In this document: positions 1-8,874 of the stretch, piece after piece
How the letters are laid out: each line of letters starts with the position of its first letter
Numbering within the stretch: the first letter of the stretch is position 1
From: Candidatus Omnitrophota bacterium
GTDB lineage: Bacteria > Omnitrophota > Gorgyraeia > S143-82
DNA: 64,000 bases
Assembly (NCBI GenBank): GCA_015494465.1
Contig: WGBD01000001.1
Span: forward strand, 25,030 to 89,029
Reading direction: 5' to 3'
The notes under the pieces: generated by a model
Databases searched by the model: none
What the model was told of the DNA's origin: nothing
Seen by the model: only the letters and a program-made list of their open reading frames with translations
Translations under genes and position numbers: made by a program

Positions 1-546
1 CCCATCCAGATCGGGGACAAATCCCCTCTCCAACTCCGCCAACAATTCATTCACCACCAGTGCCCGGGTATAGGTCCCCAAGGACAACAACCTCTCGTAG
101 AACCGCCTGCGGGCAGAAGGGAAGGCCTCCCACACACGATAAAACAGATCCGAAGGATCGTGGGCGCTAAGTATCCCTTTCACCCCTGACAGGGCCTCGT
201 CGGAGATAGCGGACAGAGAGGTCTGCTCGAATGCCCCGAATATGGACCGCGCCCAAGGGTAAAACCTGTCCCAGTCCGAGAACTCCTCAACAAAACCCTC
301 CCAGACCGCCTTCATCTCCGGCAGGATGTCCTCAATCCCTCCCACATAAACCGGCCGGACGAGGGATAGCAGGTATCTCCAGAAGTCTTTCAGGGAATAG
401 GCGCGAGGAGGAAAAACCACCCCCCGTTTAGCAAGCAATCTATCCATAAAGAAAGAGGGCCTCAAGGAAGGAAAGACCACCGCCCACCTCTGCGCATCAT
501 CTTTATCCAGCAGTATGCGGACCACTTCCTCGTGCAGAGACCTCAT
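1..546 (-). CDS. hypothetical protein, N-terminal part only (gene continues past window start); not in ORF track
   Basis: Hand translation of minus strand from ATG at 546-544 gives MRSLHEEVVRILLDKDDAQRWAVVFPSLRPSFFMDRLLAKRG... open to position 1; its ATG overlaps the TGA stop of the upstream nuclease ORF (ATGA). Confidence 0.4.
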   Translation of the reverse strand, partial: MRSLHEEVVRILLDKDDAQRWAVVFPSLRPSFFMDRLLAKRGVVFPPRAYSLKDFWRYLLSLVRPVYVGGIEDILPEMKAVWEGFVEEFSDWDRFYPWARSIFGAFEQTSLSAISDEALSGVKGILSAHDPSDLFYRVWEAFPSARRRFYERLLSLGTYTRALVVNELLAELERGFVPDLDG

Positions 547-1031
547 ATCACCCTCTCCAGATGACCGGAACCGTCGGAAGAGATGTAAAAGAGATACCCC
601 TTTACATCCTCGCCAATTCCCCGGGAGAGTATCTCCGCGTACCTGCGCACCTGCTCTGCGTGATCCTGTCGGGGAGATGAAACCTTGTAATCCACCACCG
701 CAGACCCGCCCGCACGCCTCAGGAAAAGATCCACCCGGAACCTCTGCCCCCTCTCCCCGAGGATAGGGACCTCGCAAAAGACCTGAGCACCCTCCACAAG
801 ACGCAACAACGCACCAAAGCCCTCCGAGGCCTCCAATGCCCCAAACAAGGACAGCAACCTCTCCCGAAACTCCTCCCTCAAGCCGTAAGGGAGCATATCC
901 CCAACTGCCCTGTCAACCGCGCCGGTGAGATCTCTATCCCCTGAAAAGTAGGCCTCAAGGGCCCGGTGGACCAACTCCCCGAACCGCCTCTCCTCCCAGC
1001 CGACTACCTCCTCATGCCTTATCCTAATCAT
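543..1031 (-). CDS. RecB-family PD-(D/E)XK nuclease domain protein (AddA/RecB C-terminal-like)
   Basis: Motifs GELVHRALE, VDLFL, VVDYKVSSPRQDHAEQVRRY match RecB nuclease motifs (H..E, D, DYK, Q...Y); start overlaps helicase stop by 8 nt in a different frame. Confidence 0.6.
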   Translation of the reverse strand: MIRIRHEEVVGWEERRFGELVHRALEAYFSGDRDLTGAVDRAVGDMLPYGLREEFRERLLSLFGALEASEGFGALLRLVEGAQVFCEVPILGERGQRFRVDLFLRRAGGSAVVDYKVSSPRQDHAEQVRRYAEILSRGIGEDVKGYLFYISSDGSGHLERVI

Positions 1032-3534
1032 TCGCTCTCACCTCACCTCCGTCTTTAACCAACATGGGCCTTATCACCTCCTGCCAGGAGAAGACATAAC
1101 GGGATGGATCGGTGAGGAAGAGGGTCAACTTCCTCTTTGCCCTCGTCAGGGCCACGTACAAAAGATTGACATCGTCCCAGATGCGCAGGTGGGATTCGTT
1201 GCGGTAAAGTTCCCGCAGGGCAGGATGGCGCTTGGCCATGTTGGAATTGACGTAATATACCCGTATGTTCTCTCCCGGATCCCAGAAGAGATTTCCCTGT
1301 AGGCCCGGGCTGCGGTTCTCTCCTATTTTCACATCCAGAAACGGCAGAATCACCTCGTCGAACTCCAATCCCTTTGCGGAGTGAATGGTCATAACCCTCA
1401 CTGCTGAAGAAGCAAACGGAAGTGCCACCCGCTCGGCCTCCACCGGACTGTCCTCCTGATACTCCCAGAAGCGCAGAAATTCCTTCACGAAGGCACCGTT
1501 CCTGCTCTCCCAGTCCCAGAGGAGGTCCAGAAACGCAGATACAAACAGGTCCTGATCCGGGAAATTCTCCCTTATCCTCAACCTATCAATCAAATTCACC
1601 ACCGTGCGATAGATACTGCCCTCCACCGCCGAATCCAATACTTCCCACACCAGTTGACGGAAATAACCGCTCCCCCGCAGGCGTAGTTCCTCCTGCCAGT
1701 AGGAGAGTGGTTTGCCGGTAAAACAGGCCCAGACCTCCGAGATAATAATCCCCTTCAAAAAGAGATCCTCCTCGGGATAGGCAAGACAGCGAAGGAAGGT
1801 AACCAAGGCCATAACCACCGGATGCCCCACCAGAGTCATGGACTCCTCAGAGATGGCCGATATTCCCTCAACCGTCAGGCGGGAAATGACCTTCCTTGCC
1901 TCCTCCCGCCGTCTCACGAGTATCGCCTTCTCCCCCTCCGGACTGTTTTTCAGATAATCCACCAGTTTCTCTATCAACACATCTTCGTAATCCGACCACG
2001 ACAGGGAAGGATCCCCCTGCACCAGCAGAGAATCCACCTGCCCCTCCTCTTCTTTGACCGGCCTCTGCACCACCGCCTCCTCCGAGAAGACCCTATCCAT
2101 ACGCAACAGGACATCCGATTCAGTTTTATCCTCAGACAACCTGTCCACTATCCCGCTGAACAACTCGTTGTTAAAGGCAACAATCCCTTTGGCACTGCGC
2201 CAGTTACGATCCAAAACAAATTCCCGGAAATCAAACGGAAAGGCCTCCCTCAACATACCAAACATATCCGGATGACTCCCCCGCCAGCGGTATATCGTCT
2301 GCTTGGGATCGCCCACGCAAAACAATAAGCCACCGCTGGCAAGGGCCTCCTCAAAGATGGGCCGTAGGGCAGACCACTGGGAGAGACTCGTATCCTGAAA
2401 CTCGTCTATGAGAAAGTGCGTGTACCTTCCGAAGCGGGCAGAGATACGCTCGGCTACCAGATGGGGATCAAGGTTCGCTATGTCCAACTGGATGAGCGGA
2501 AGATAGGTTATGTCCTTCCGGCGACGCAGGTCGTCAAGCCCCCTCTTGAACGCGGAGTAAACGTACATAAAAGGTGCAGGGAAGGATCGACTAAAGGCCT
2601 CATCCAGACGATTAAAGGTCTCCAGAAGACTCAACCACATCTCGTAAAGTTCACGGGCGGGGTCTTCTGCCACCCTGCCCTTGAGCACACCCCTGCGAAA
2701 GGCCTCGTAGTCGGCGTAGGTGAGACTGAAGAATGTCGTCTTCACATCCTTCACCGACGCCAATATAGACTCACTGAGCCCTTCCAATGCCTCCCGAGAC
2801 CTTTTAGTCAGTTTCACCCTCAACGCATCTGCCCGACTCAGGAACGCATCCCTGAGACGCAGGACCTCCCTGATCAGGCCCTTAAGAGAAGTCGGAGTAA
2901 TGGGTTCTAGTTCCCTGCCGAGATGCGACTGCTTCTCCAGATAGACAGGAAACAGCCACTCCGCATAGCCTATCGGATCCCATCCCCGATAGACCGCCAA
3001 AGAGCGCGAAAAGTAGCCCACGAATCTGTAGATAGAGCGCAATAAAGTGCGATCGCTCTTAGCCCTCTCCAAGGCATGCGATACGATGAGGTCCATATCC
3101 GAACGGATGGACGTGCGCATAGCAGAATAAGGCGACAGGCCCAATTCGAAAGAAAAAGACATCCTCAACTGATTCAGAAAACTGTCTATCGTCTGGATGC
3201 GAATCCGTGAATAGTCAAAAACGAGGTCGATCAAAACCCTACCTGCCTCCTCTCGGACCTCATCCTCCGGCAGATCCAACAACTCCGCAAACTCCCCTGC
3301 CCTGTCCCCATACACCACCTCCATAAGGGTATCAATCACCCGCCTGCGCATCTCCTCCGCAGACTTGTTGGTGAAGGTAATAGCCAAAATAGAATCGGGA
3401 CCAATCCCTTTCAGGAGGAGGGAGATGTAAACCGCAGTTAAGGTATAGGTCTTCCCCGCCCCCGCCGAGGCAATAACCGACACCACCCCCGGCGCAGGCT
3501 TAGTACAATGCCGAACTATTTCTTTTAGGACCAT
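1024..3534 (-). CDS. UvrD/PcrA-family superfamily 1 DNA helicase
   Basis: Walker A ASAGAGKTYT, DEFQDTS, motif VI LLYVALTRAKRKL; ORF track gives GTG start at 3660 but ATG at 3534 is preceded by TATAAT and avoids overlap with upstream gene. Confidence 0.75.
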   Translation of the reverse strand: MVLKEIVRHCTKPAPGVVSVIASAGAGKTYTLTAVYISLLLKGIGPDSILAITFTNKSAEEMRRRVIDTLMEVVYGDRAGEFAELLDLPEDEVREEAGRVLIDLVFDYSRIRIQTIDSFLNQLRMSFSFELGLSPYSAMRTSIRSDMDLIVSHALERAKSDRTLLRSIYRFVGYFSRSLAVYRGWDPIGYAEWLFPVYLEKQSHLGRELEPITPTSLKGLIREVLRLRDAFLSRADALRVKLTKRSREALEGLSESILASVKDVKTTFFSLTYADYEAFRRGVLKGRVAEDPARELYEMWLSLLETFNRLDEAFSRSFPAPFMYVYSAFKRGLDDLRRRKDITYLPLIQLDIANLDPHLVAERISARFGRYTHFLIDEFQDTSLSQWSALRPIFEEALASGGLLFCVGDPKQTIYRWRGSHPDMFGMLREAFPFDFREFVLDRNWRSAKGIVAFNNELFSGIVDRLSEDKTESDVLLRMDRVFSEEAVVQRPVKEEEGQVDSLLVQGDPSLSWSDYEDVLIEKLVDYLKNSPEGEKAILVRRREEARKVISRLTVEGISAISEESMTLVGHPVVMALVTFLRCLAYPEEDLFLKGIIISEVWACFTGKPLSYWQEELRLRGSGYFRQLVWEVLDSAVEGSIYRTVVNLIDRLRIRENFPDQDLFVSAFLDLLWDWESRNGAFVKEFLRFWEYQEDSPVEAERVALPFASSAVRVMTIHSAKGLEFDEVILPFLDVKIGENRSPGLQGNLFWDPGENIRVYYVNSNMAKRHPALRELYRNESHLRIWDDVNLLYVALTRAKRKLTLFLTDPSRYVFSWQEVIRPMLVKDGGEVRAND

Positions 3535-3632
3535 AGGGTTATTATACAGCAATGAGATCCTAGCCCAACAACGAAACTGTCCGGGGAAGGAGGTGTAAGG
3601 CCCCGGACAACTTAATATGGCCTTTAGAAGCG

Positions 3633-4148
3633 TTATCGGTGTCTTCTCCTCCCAAACCACACGAAGCCGTTTTCGTCGATGTAATACTTTTGGAAGGCAA
3701 ACATATAAGGATGGTCAAAGGAGACGAAGTGCCATTGGCCACTCTGACTAATCCTTATCACATTTGACATCGTAACGAAGTCCAGTTGCCAACCCTGAGG
3801 GCCTTTTCTCAAGAAGAAAGGGGCATACTTTAGATCCTGTGGGTAATAGATGACCGCATACCTGCCTTTTATGGCAATCTTAAAAGGGACTCCCTCGTAT
3901 ATTCGCATATTATCCTGTTGGGCGTCGGTCACCGTCCAACGCCTGAAGAACTCTTTGGTCTCGTCGGTGTAGATGTCAAGGTCCGGGTCCTTTACGTGGA
4001 GACGACAGGCCTCCAGATAGCGTTTCAGGGTAAACTCTGGCCTGGATTGGGCACGGAAATAACTCTTATCAAATTCTCTGGCCCATAAGGTAAGACCGAT
4101 CCCAAGCACGAGCAGACACAAGATTACAGAGCTACCTCGCTTCATCAT
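3633..4148 (-). CDS. hypothetical secreted/periplasmic protein
   Basis: 171 aa ORF with N-terminal signal-peptide-like segment MMKRGSSVILCLLVLGIGLTLWA; no family recognised. Confidence 0.5.
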   Translation of the reverse strand: MMKRGSSVILCLLVLGIGLTLWAREFDKSYFRAQSRPEFTLKRYLEACRLHVKDPDLDIYTDETKEFFRRWTVTDAQQDNMRIYEGVPFKIAIKGRYAVIYYPQDLKYAPFFLRKGPQGWQLDFVTMSNVIRISQSGQWHFVSFDHPYMFAFQKYYIDENGFVWFGRRRHR

Positions 4149-4197
4149 CTCCCCCCTTCTTATGCCGGCCTCCCTTAACTAAAAAAATTATAGGGTT

Positions 4198-4235
4198 ATG
4201 AGCCAGATTCTTCTAGAAAGATTTCGTCTCATTTC
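4198..4235 (+). repeat. copy A of a 38-nt start-codon-containing dispersed element
   Basis: ATGAGCCAGATTCTTCTAGAAAGATTTCGTCTCATTTC; 34/38 identical to copy B; opens a 25-codon ORF MSQILLERFRLISVSKGFLGLKAEA. Confidence 0.6.
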
Positions 4236-4271
4236 GGTCTCGAAGGGTTTTTTAGGTCTCAAGGCCGAGGC

Positions 4272-4306
4272 GTGAGACAGATTCCTTATGGAAGATCTTG
4301 TCTCAC
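4272..4306 (+). repeat. copy C (diverged) of the same element, at the GTG start of the plus-strand membrane protein ORF
   Basis: GTGAGACAGATTCCTTATGGAAGATCTTGTCTCAC; shares CAGATTC...RAAGAT...GTCTCA core; ends form an 8-bp inverted repeat GTGAGACA/TGTCTCAC. Confidence 0.5.
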
Positions 4307-5099
4307 AAGGTATGATATAGGGATGAGGTCGGTAGTGTTAGCGCTCGAGTTGTTTCTGTTGGGTTATCTTGGGGCGGTGGTATCGGCCCTGTTGTATAAG
4401 TATGCCCCGAAATTGCATCCCGATCGGGGGTTGCTTCAGGCAAGCGTATTTGCGATACTCAGCCCGTCTTGTCTTTGCGCAAGTTATCCAGTCCTTCTCA
4501 CTATGAACAATCGCTATCTCAGGGTGTACACCGCCAGTCTCTCTGCTCTACTAAGTCCGTACATATTACTCTTTTCCTGGAGGCTGTTGGGCTGGGAGTT
4601 TGCGGGAGAGAGGGTCATCCTTTCCCTCACTTTATCATCCTTAATCGCCTCTTTTACCTACCGCATGGCCCCTCCGGGGGCACCTGTCAAAGACACCCTA
4701 TCCTCACTTGACGAAAGGCCGGCCCTGATGGCTATCGCAAACTCCATATTCAAACTCTCTTTAAGACCGCTCATCCTGACTATAGCGATTTCTCTCCTCG
4801 TGGCAAAGGTGTTGGATCCAAATCTGGTTGGGAAGTACGCCCTTTTCCCGGGCACGCGGACGATGGCGATAATATTGGCAGGTCTTGGAAAGTTCTGCTA
4901 CGGGCAGGAGACATTCCTCTTATATGCTATCCGCGGTCTGCCCCACAATCCGGGATTCCGACTGGGATTTTCACTGACCGGCAGTGGGATATGCCTTGGA
5001 ATGGTGCCTCTCTATCTCAAGATCTACGGCAGGATGGGAACCGCAATCTTTCTAATTACGACCTTCCTATTCGCCCTATCGCTCAATTGGCTCATTTAA
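4272..5099 (+). CDS. hypothetical polytopic membrane protein (start at GTG 4272 or ATG 4320)
   Basis: 275 aa ORF with several hydrophobic helices; one of only three plus-strand genes; GTG start coincides with repeat copy C. Confidence 0.5.
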   Translation: MRQIPYGRSCLTRYDIGMRSVVLALELFLLGYLGAVVSALLYKYAPKLHPDRGLLQASVFAILSPSCLCASYPVLLTMNNRYLRVYTASLSALLSPYILLFSWRLLGWEFAGERVILSLTLSSLIASFTYRMAPPGAPVKDTLSSLDERPALMAIANSIFKLSLRPLILTIAISLLVAKVLDPNLVGKYALFPGTRTMAIILAGLGKFCYGQETFLLYAIRGLPHNPGFRLGFSLTGSGICLGMVPLYLKIYGRMGTAIFLITTFLFALSLNWLI

Positions 5100-5472
5100 C
5101 GAAGGGTATCCTCATCAGGTGGGCCATAAGTAAGCCAAGGAAGAGATAAAACAGGCCTATCCCCCTTAAGACCGAGACCGGCAGGAGTTGGACCAACGAG
5201 ATTATCTTTTCGTAGGCCCTGCGGGTGGTTTTGAGGAAGAGCAATATCAATCCTACGATGATCACCAGATAGGATATCCAGCGAATGAGGGGCCACTTTA
5301 TTATCCCTGCCGCGGAAAAGAGGGGTGAGATGAGCCCGAAAAAGAAGAATAGCAAGATCCAGCGGACCTTCTTGTATGCCTTTTTGGTGAGTTTGGTGCG
5401 AAAAATTTCAGGCCTGATCAGAATGATCAGGCCCCAGATTATAAGAAACCAGCCTACTATCCTCTCTATCAC
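5092..5472 (-). CDS. hypothetical small membrane protein
   Basis: 126 aa, 3-4 predicted TM segments; start overlaps rplQ stop by 4 nt suggesting co-transcription with alpha operon. Confidence 0.5.
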   Translation of the reverse strand: MIERIVGWFLIIWGLIILIRPEIFRTKLTKKAYKKVRWILLFFFFGLISPLFSAAGIIKWPLIRWISYLVIIVGLILLFLKTTRRAYEKIISLVQLLPVSVLRGIGLFYLFLGLLMAHLMRIPFVK

Positions 5473-5957
5473 TCTTCGGCCTCTTCGCCTTCCTTGCCCT
5501 GTCTTCTCTGACGCTTGAAGAGGCTCCTGAGTCCGCCAAACACGCCCTTCTTTTCCTCCTCCTTGGGTGCCTCCACAGAGATCTGTGCAGGCTCACGATA
5601 GAATTCGGTCAGCTCTATTATGCAGAGGCTCGCACCATCTCCTTTACGCCACTGGGCCAGTTTGTATATGCGGGTATAACCACCGTTTCTCTCGCTGAAT
5701 TTGGGAGCAATCTCGTCGAACAGGAGTTTGACCAACTTCCTATCGTTGAGCACCCTGTTTGCCCGGCGCCTGGCTGCGAGTGTGTTCCGTTTACCCAAGG
5801 TGATTAGTTTCTCCACAACCTTACGCACCTCTTTTGCCAGCGCGGGACGGGTCTTTATCCTTTGATGAATCAACAGGGCCTTGGCAAGGTCCCTTAAGAC
5901 CGCACGCCGGGCCCCCATGTTCCGGGAAAGCCTCTGGGACTTCACTCTATGCCTCAT
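5469..5957 (-). CDS. rplQ: 50S ribosomal protein L17, with charged C-terminal extension
   Basis: N-terminus MRHRVKSQRLSRNMGARRAVLRDLAKALL typical of L17; directly downstream of rpoA; about 35 extra C-terminal residues rich in E/K/R. Confidence 0.9.
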   Translation of the reverse strand: MRHRVKSQRLSRNMGARRAVLRDLAKALLIHQRIKTRPALAKEVRKVVEKLITLGKRNTLAARRRANRVLNDRKLVKLLFDEIAPKFSERNGGYTRIYKLAQWRKGDGASLCIIELTEFYREPAQISVEAPKEEEKKGVFGGLRSLFKRQRRQGKEGEEAEE

Positions 5958-6964
5958 GATTCCCCTTCTCCTTCGCTTGTCTCAGGTTTGTATATCCGAG
6001 GATCTATCTTCATACCCAACGAGAGACCCAACTTGGCAAGGACCTCCTTTATCTCGTTCAGCGACTTCTTTCCGAAGTTCCGGTAAGAGAGCATCTCCTG
6101 TTCGGTTTTCATCACCAATTCGCCGATGGTTTTTATGTTGGCCTGTGAAAGGCAGTTAGTGGATCTGACCGAAAGTTCCAGTTCACTGATGGGCATACGC
6201 AGTTTCTCTGCCAGTTCCCTCTCTTCGGGCGTGAGGGAGGATTCGTCTTCGCCACCTTCCTCCTCCTCTATGTGCCCGAGTTCCGAGAAGATGTCGAGGT
6301 ACTTTCTCAATACCGTCGCGGAATAGACCAATGCCTCTTTTGGCTCTATAGCCCCGTTAGTGAAGACCTCTATTATCAACCTGTCGTAATCGGTCTGCTG
6401 ACCTACACGGGTGTTCTCCACCCTATAACTAACTCTCTGCACCGGGCTGAATATCGCATCCACTCCAATGGTACCTACAGGTCTCTCTTTCTTATTCTCC
6501 TCTGCGGGAAGATAACCCCGCCCTCTCTCTAACTCCATTTCCATGTAGAACTCCACATCCCCGGTTATGGTGGCGATGTGGTGGTCCTTGTTTACCACCT
6601 CAACGGTCTCGTCGGTAACGATGTCGGAAGCAGTCACCTCACCCGGGCCCTTCTTCTTTATGTGGACCTTCTTGGGGAAGGTGCCGTGGGCCTTGAACAC
6701 TAAGCGCTTTATGTTCAGGACTATGTCGGTAACGTCCTCCAATACGCCCTCTACCGCCGAGAACTCGTGAAGGGCACCGTCTATTTTCACCGAGGTCACT
6801 GCAACCCCGTCTATGCAGGACAGGAGCATCCTCCTAAGGGAATTCCCAAAGGTAACCCCATAACCTCTCTCTAGAGGCTCGGCCACAAATCTACCGTAGG
6901 TCGGTGTATGCTCTTCTACGACTATCTTCTTTGGCATCTGGAATTCACGCCACTTTATCCCCAT
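5954..6964 (-). CDS. rpoA: DNA-directed RNA polymerase subunit alpha
   Basis: EPLERGYGVTFGNSLRR N-terminal domain motif; C-terminal domain; position after rpsD. Confidence 0.95.
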   Translation of the reverse strand: MGIKWREFQMPKKIVVEEHTPTYGRFVAEPLERGYGVTFGNSLRRMLLSCIDGVAVTSVKIDGALHEFSAVEGVLEDVTDIVLNIKRLVFKAHGTFPKKVHIKKKGPGEVTASDIVTDETVEVVNKDHHIATITGDVEFYMEMELERGRGYLPAEENKKERPVGTIGVDAIFSPVQRVSYRVENTRVGQQTDYDRLIIEVFTNGAIEPKEALVYSATVLRKYLDIFSELGHIEEEEGGEDESSLTPEERELAEKLRMPISELELSVRSTNCLSQANIKTIGELVMKTEQEMLSYRNFGKKSLNEIKEVLAKLGLSLGMKIDPRIYKPETSEGEGES

Positions 6965-6989
6965 CGCATTTGACCTCCTCTAAAGAGAT

Positions 6990-7616
6990 TTATTTGGAAT
7001 ACAACTCGACTATCATCTGCTCTTTTATGTCTGCGGGCATATCCTCCCGTTCGGGCAGTCTGACTATCTTTACGGTGTTCTTATCCTCGTCCACCATCAA
7101 CCAGAGCGGGACCGGGCGTTTTTTATTCAGTTGCTTGTAATCCTTCAGGTGCTGTTTCACCTTCTCGTCGTTCTTGAAGGATATCTCGTCTCCCTCTCTC
7201 ACCAGGTAAGAGGGAATGTTCACCCGCTTGCCGTTAACGTAGACCCAGTTGTGCCGGACCATCTGGCGGGCCTGGGCCCTCGAGGTGGCAAATCCCGCCT
7301 GATAGACGACATTGTCCAAACGCCTCTCCAAGAGCTGTAAGAGGACGGTTCCAGTAACGCCCTTCTTGCGCTGGGCGATCCGGAAGTACCTGCGGAACTG
7401 CCTCTCCAAGACGCCGTACATCCTCTTGACCTTCTGCTTCTCCCTAAGCTGCAGGCCATAGTTGGAGAGTTTCGTCCTTATCCTACCGTGCTGTCCCGGG
7501 GCATACGGCCTGCGGGACAGGGCGCACTTATCGGTATAACAGCGAGGCCCTTTCAAAAACAGCTTCGTGCCTATCCGCCGACATATCCTGCACTTAGGTC
7601 CAAGGTACCTTCCCAT
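6990..7616 (-). CDS. rpsD: 30S ribosomal protein S4
   Basis: MGRYLGPKCRICRR... zinc-ribbon start and S4 domain; alpha-operon position. Confidence 0.95.
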   Translation of the reverse strand: MGRYLGPKCRICRRIGTKLFLKGPRCYTDKCALSRRPYAPGQHGRIRTKLSNYGLQLREKQKVKRMYGVLERQFRRYFRIAQRKKGVTGTVLLQLLERRLDNVVYQAGFATSRAQARQMVRHNWVYVNGKRVNIPSYLVREGDEISFKNDEKVKQHLKDYKQLNKKRPVPLWLMVDEDKNTVKIVRLPEREDMPADIKEQMIVELYSK

Positions 7617-7634
7617 ATCGCCTCCTCAATAATC

Positions 7635-8030
7635 TCAGACTCTTCTCTTCTTCTTTGGTCTGCAACCGTTGTGGGGGACCGGTGTCAAGTCCCTTACCCT
7701 CAAGATGCGAAAGCCCGCTGCCTGAAAGGACTTTATTGTGGCGTCCCTCCCTGCACCGGGGCCCTTTACCCATATCTCCACTTCCTGTATGCCTGCCTCT
7801 TTTGCCCTGCGAATCACATCCGCTGCTACCTGCTGGGCAGCGAACGGAGTGGACTTCTTGGAACCGGAAAAACCTACCATCCCTGCGGAAGAGGATATAA
7901 GGGCATTGCCCTCTCTGTCGGTAAGGGTAATGATGGTATTGTTAAAGGTGGCCTTTACGTGAACTATAGCCGATGTAATACCCTTTATTACCTTCTTCTT
8001 CCGTCTCTGTCCTTTGCGCCTCTGTGCCAT
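7635..8030 (-). CDS. rpsK: 30S ribosomal protein S11
   Basis: 131 aa; ...AHVKATFNNTIITLTD... S11 signature; operon position. Confidence 0.95.
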   Translation of the reverse strand: MAQRRKGQRRKKKVIKGITSAIVHVKATFNNTIITLTDREGNALISSSAGMVGFSGSKKSTPFAAQQVAADVIRRAKEAGIQEVEIWVKGPGAGRDATIKSFQAAGFRILRVRDLTPVPHNGCRPKKKRRV

Positions 8031-8049
8031 AGTGCTTCACTCCCGTTGT

Positions 8050-8433
8050 TTATACACCTGACTTCTTCTTGGCTCGCTTCAGGAGATTACCGCGAGGCCC
8101 CTTTCTGGTCCGGGCATTGGTCTTGGTCCTCTGCCCCCTGACCGGAAGGCCCTTCTTGTGCCGAATCCCTCTATAGCAGTTTATCTCCATCAACCTTTTT
8201 ATATTCTGTGCGACCTCCCTGCGCAGGTCACCTTCTACCTTGTAGTTTTTCTGGATAATCTCGGTTATCCGGGCGATCTCTGCCTCGGATAGGTCCTTGG
8301 CCCGCTTCATGGGGTCTATCTGGGCCTGTTTGAGTATCTCGCTGGACCTGCTCCGCCCTATCCCGTAAATGTAGGTCAGGGCTATCCAGATCGTTTTATC
8401 CTTCGGTATGTCGACACCCAGTATCCTCGGCAT
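8050..8433 (-). CDS. rpsM: 30S ribosomal protein S13
   Basis: [13 protein letters not shown]... typical S13 N-terminus. Confidence 0.95.
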   Translation of the reverse strand: MPRILGVDIPKDKTIWIALTYIYGIGRSRSSEILKQAQIDPMKRAKDLSEAEIARITEIIQKNYKVEGDLRREVAQNIKRLMEINCYRGIRHKKGLPVRGQRTKTNARTRKGPRGNLLKRAKKKSGV

Positions 8434-8442
8434 AATCCCTCC

Positions 8443-8556
8443 TTATCCCTGTCTCTGCTTGTGGGCGGGATCCTCGCATATGACCCGCACTACCCCTTTT
8501 CGCTTTATAATCCTGCACTTGGGACATATCTTCTTGACCGATGCCCTTACCTTCAT
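8443..8556 (-). CDS. rpmJ: 50S ribosomal protein L36 (not in ORF track, below 60 aa)
   Basis: Hand translation: [37 protein letters not shown] (37 aa), canonical L36 zinc ribbon between rpsM and infA. Confidence 0.85.
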   Translation of the reverse strand: MKVRASVKKICPKCRIIKRKGVVRVICEDPAHKQRQG

Positions 8557-8570
8557 AATATTCCCCTCCG

Positions 8571-8792
8571 CTACTTGTATCGGTATACTATCCTGCCCCG
8601 GTTCAGGTCGTAGGGCGTCAGTTCTACCCTCACCCTGTCTCCGGGAACTATCTTGATAAAGTGCATCCTCATCTTACCCGCAACATGGGCGAGCACTCTA
8701 TGCCCGTTGTCGAGTTCTACCCTGAACATAACGTTGGGCAGACACTCGACTATCGTGCCGTCTACCTCTATGACGTTGTCTTTCTTGCCCAT
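8571..8792 (-). CDS. infA: translation initiation factor IF-1
   Basis: 73 aa, S1-like OB fold ...[28 protein letters not shown]... Confidence 0.95.
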   Translation of the reverse strand: MGKKDNVIEVDGTIVECLPNVMFRVELDNGHRVLAHVAGKMRMHFIKIVPGDRVRVELTPYDLNRGRIVYRYK

Positions 8793-8825
8793 AGCCCTTT
8801 AATAAAATCTCTGCCTACTGGAAAT

Positions 8826-8854
8826 TTTATATTTTAACTGATATTCAACCTCAA
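8826..8854 (-). promoter_or_regulatory. candidate sigma-70-type internal promoter upstream of infA
   Basis: Minus strand TTGAGG-17 nt-TATAAA in the 82-nt AT-rich map-infA spacer. Confidence 0.3.
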
Positions 8855-8874
8855 ATCCAGAAAAAGTTTTTTAC

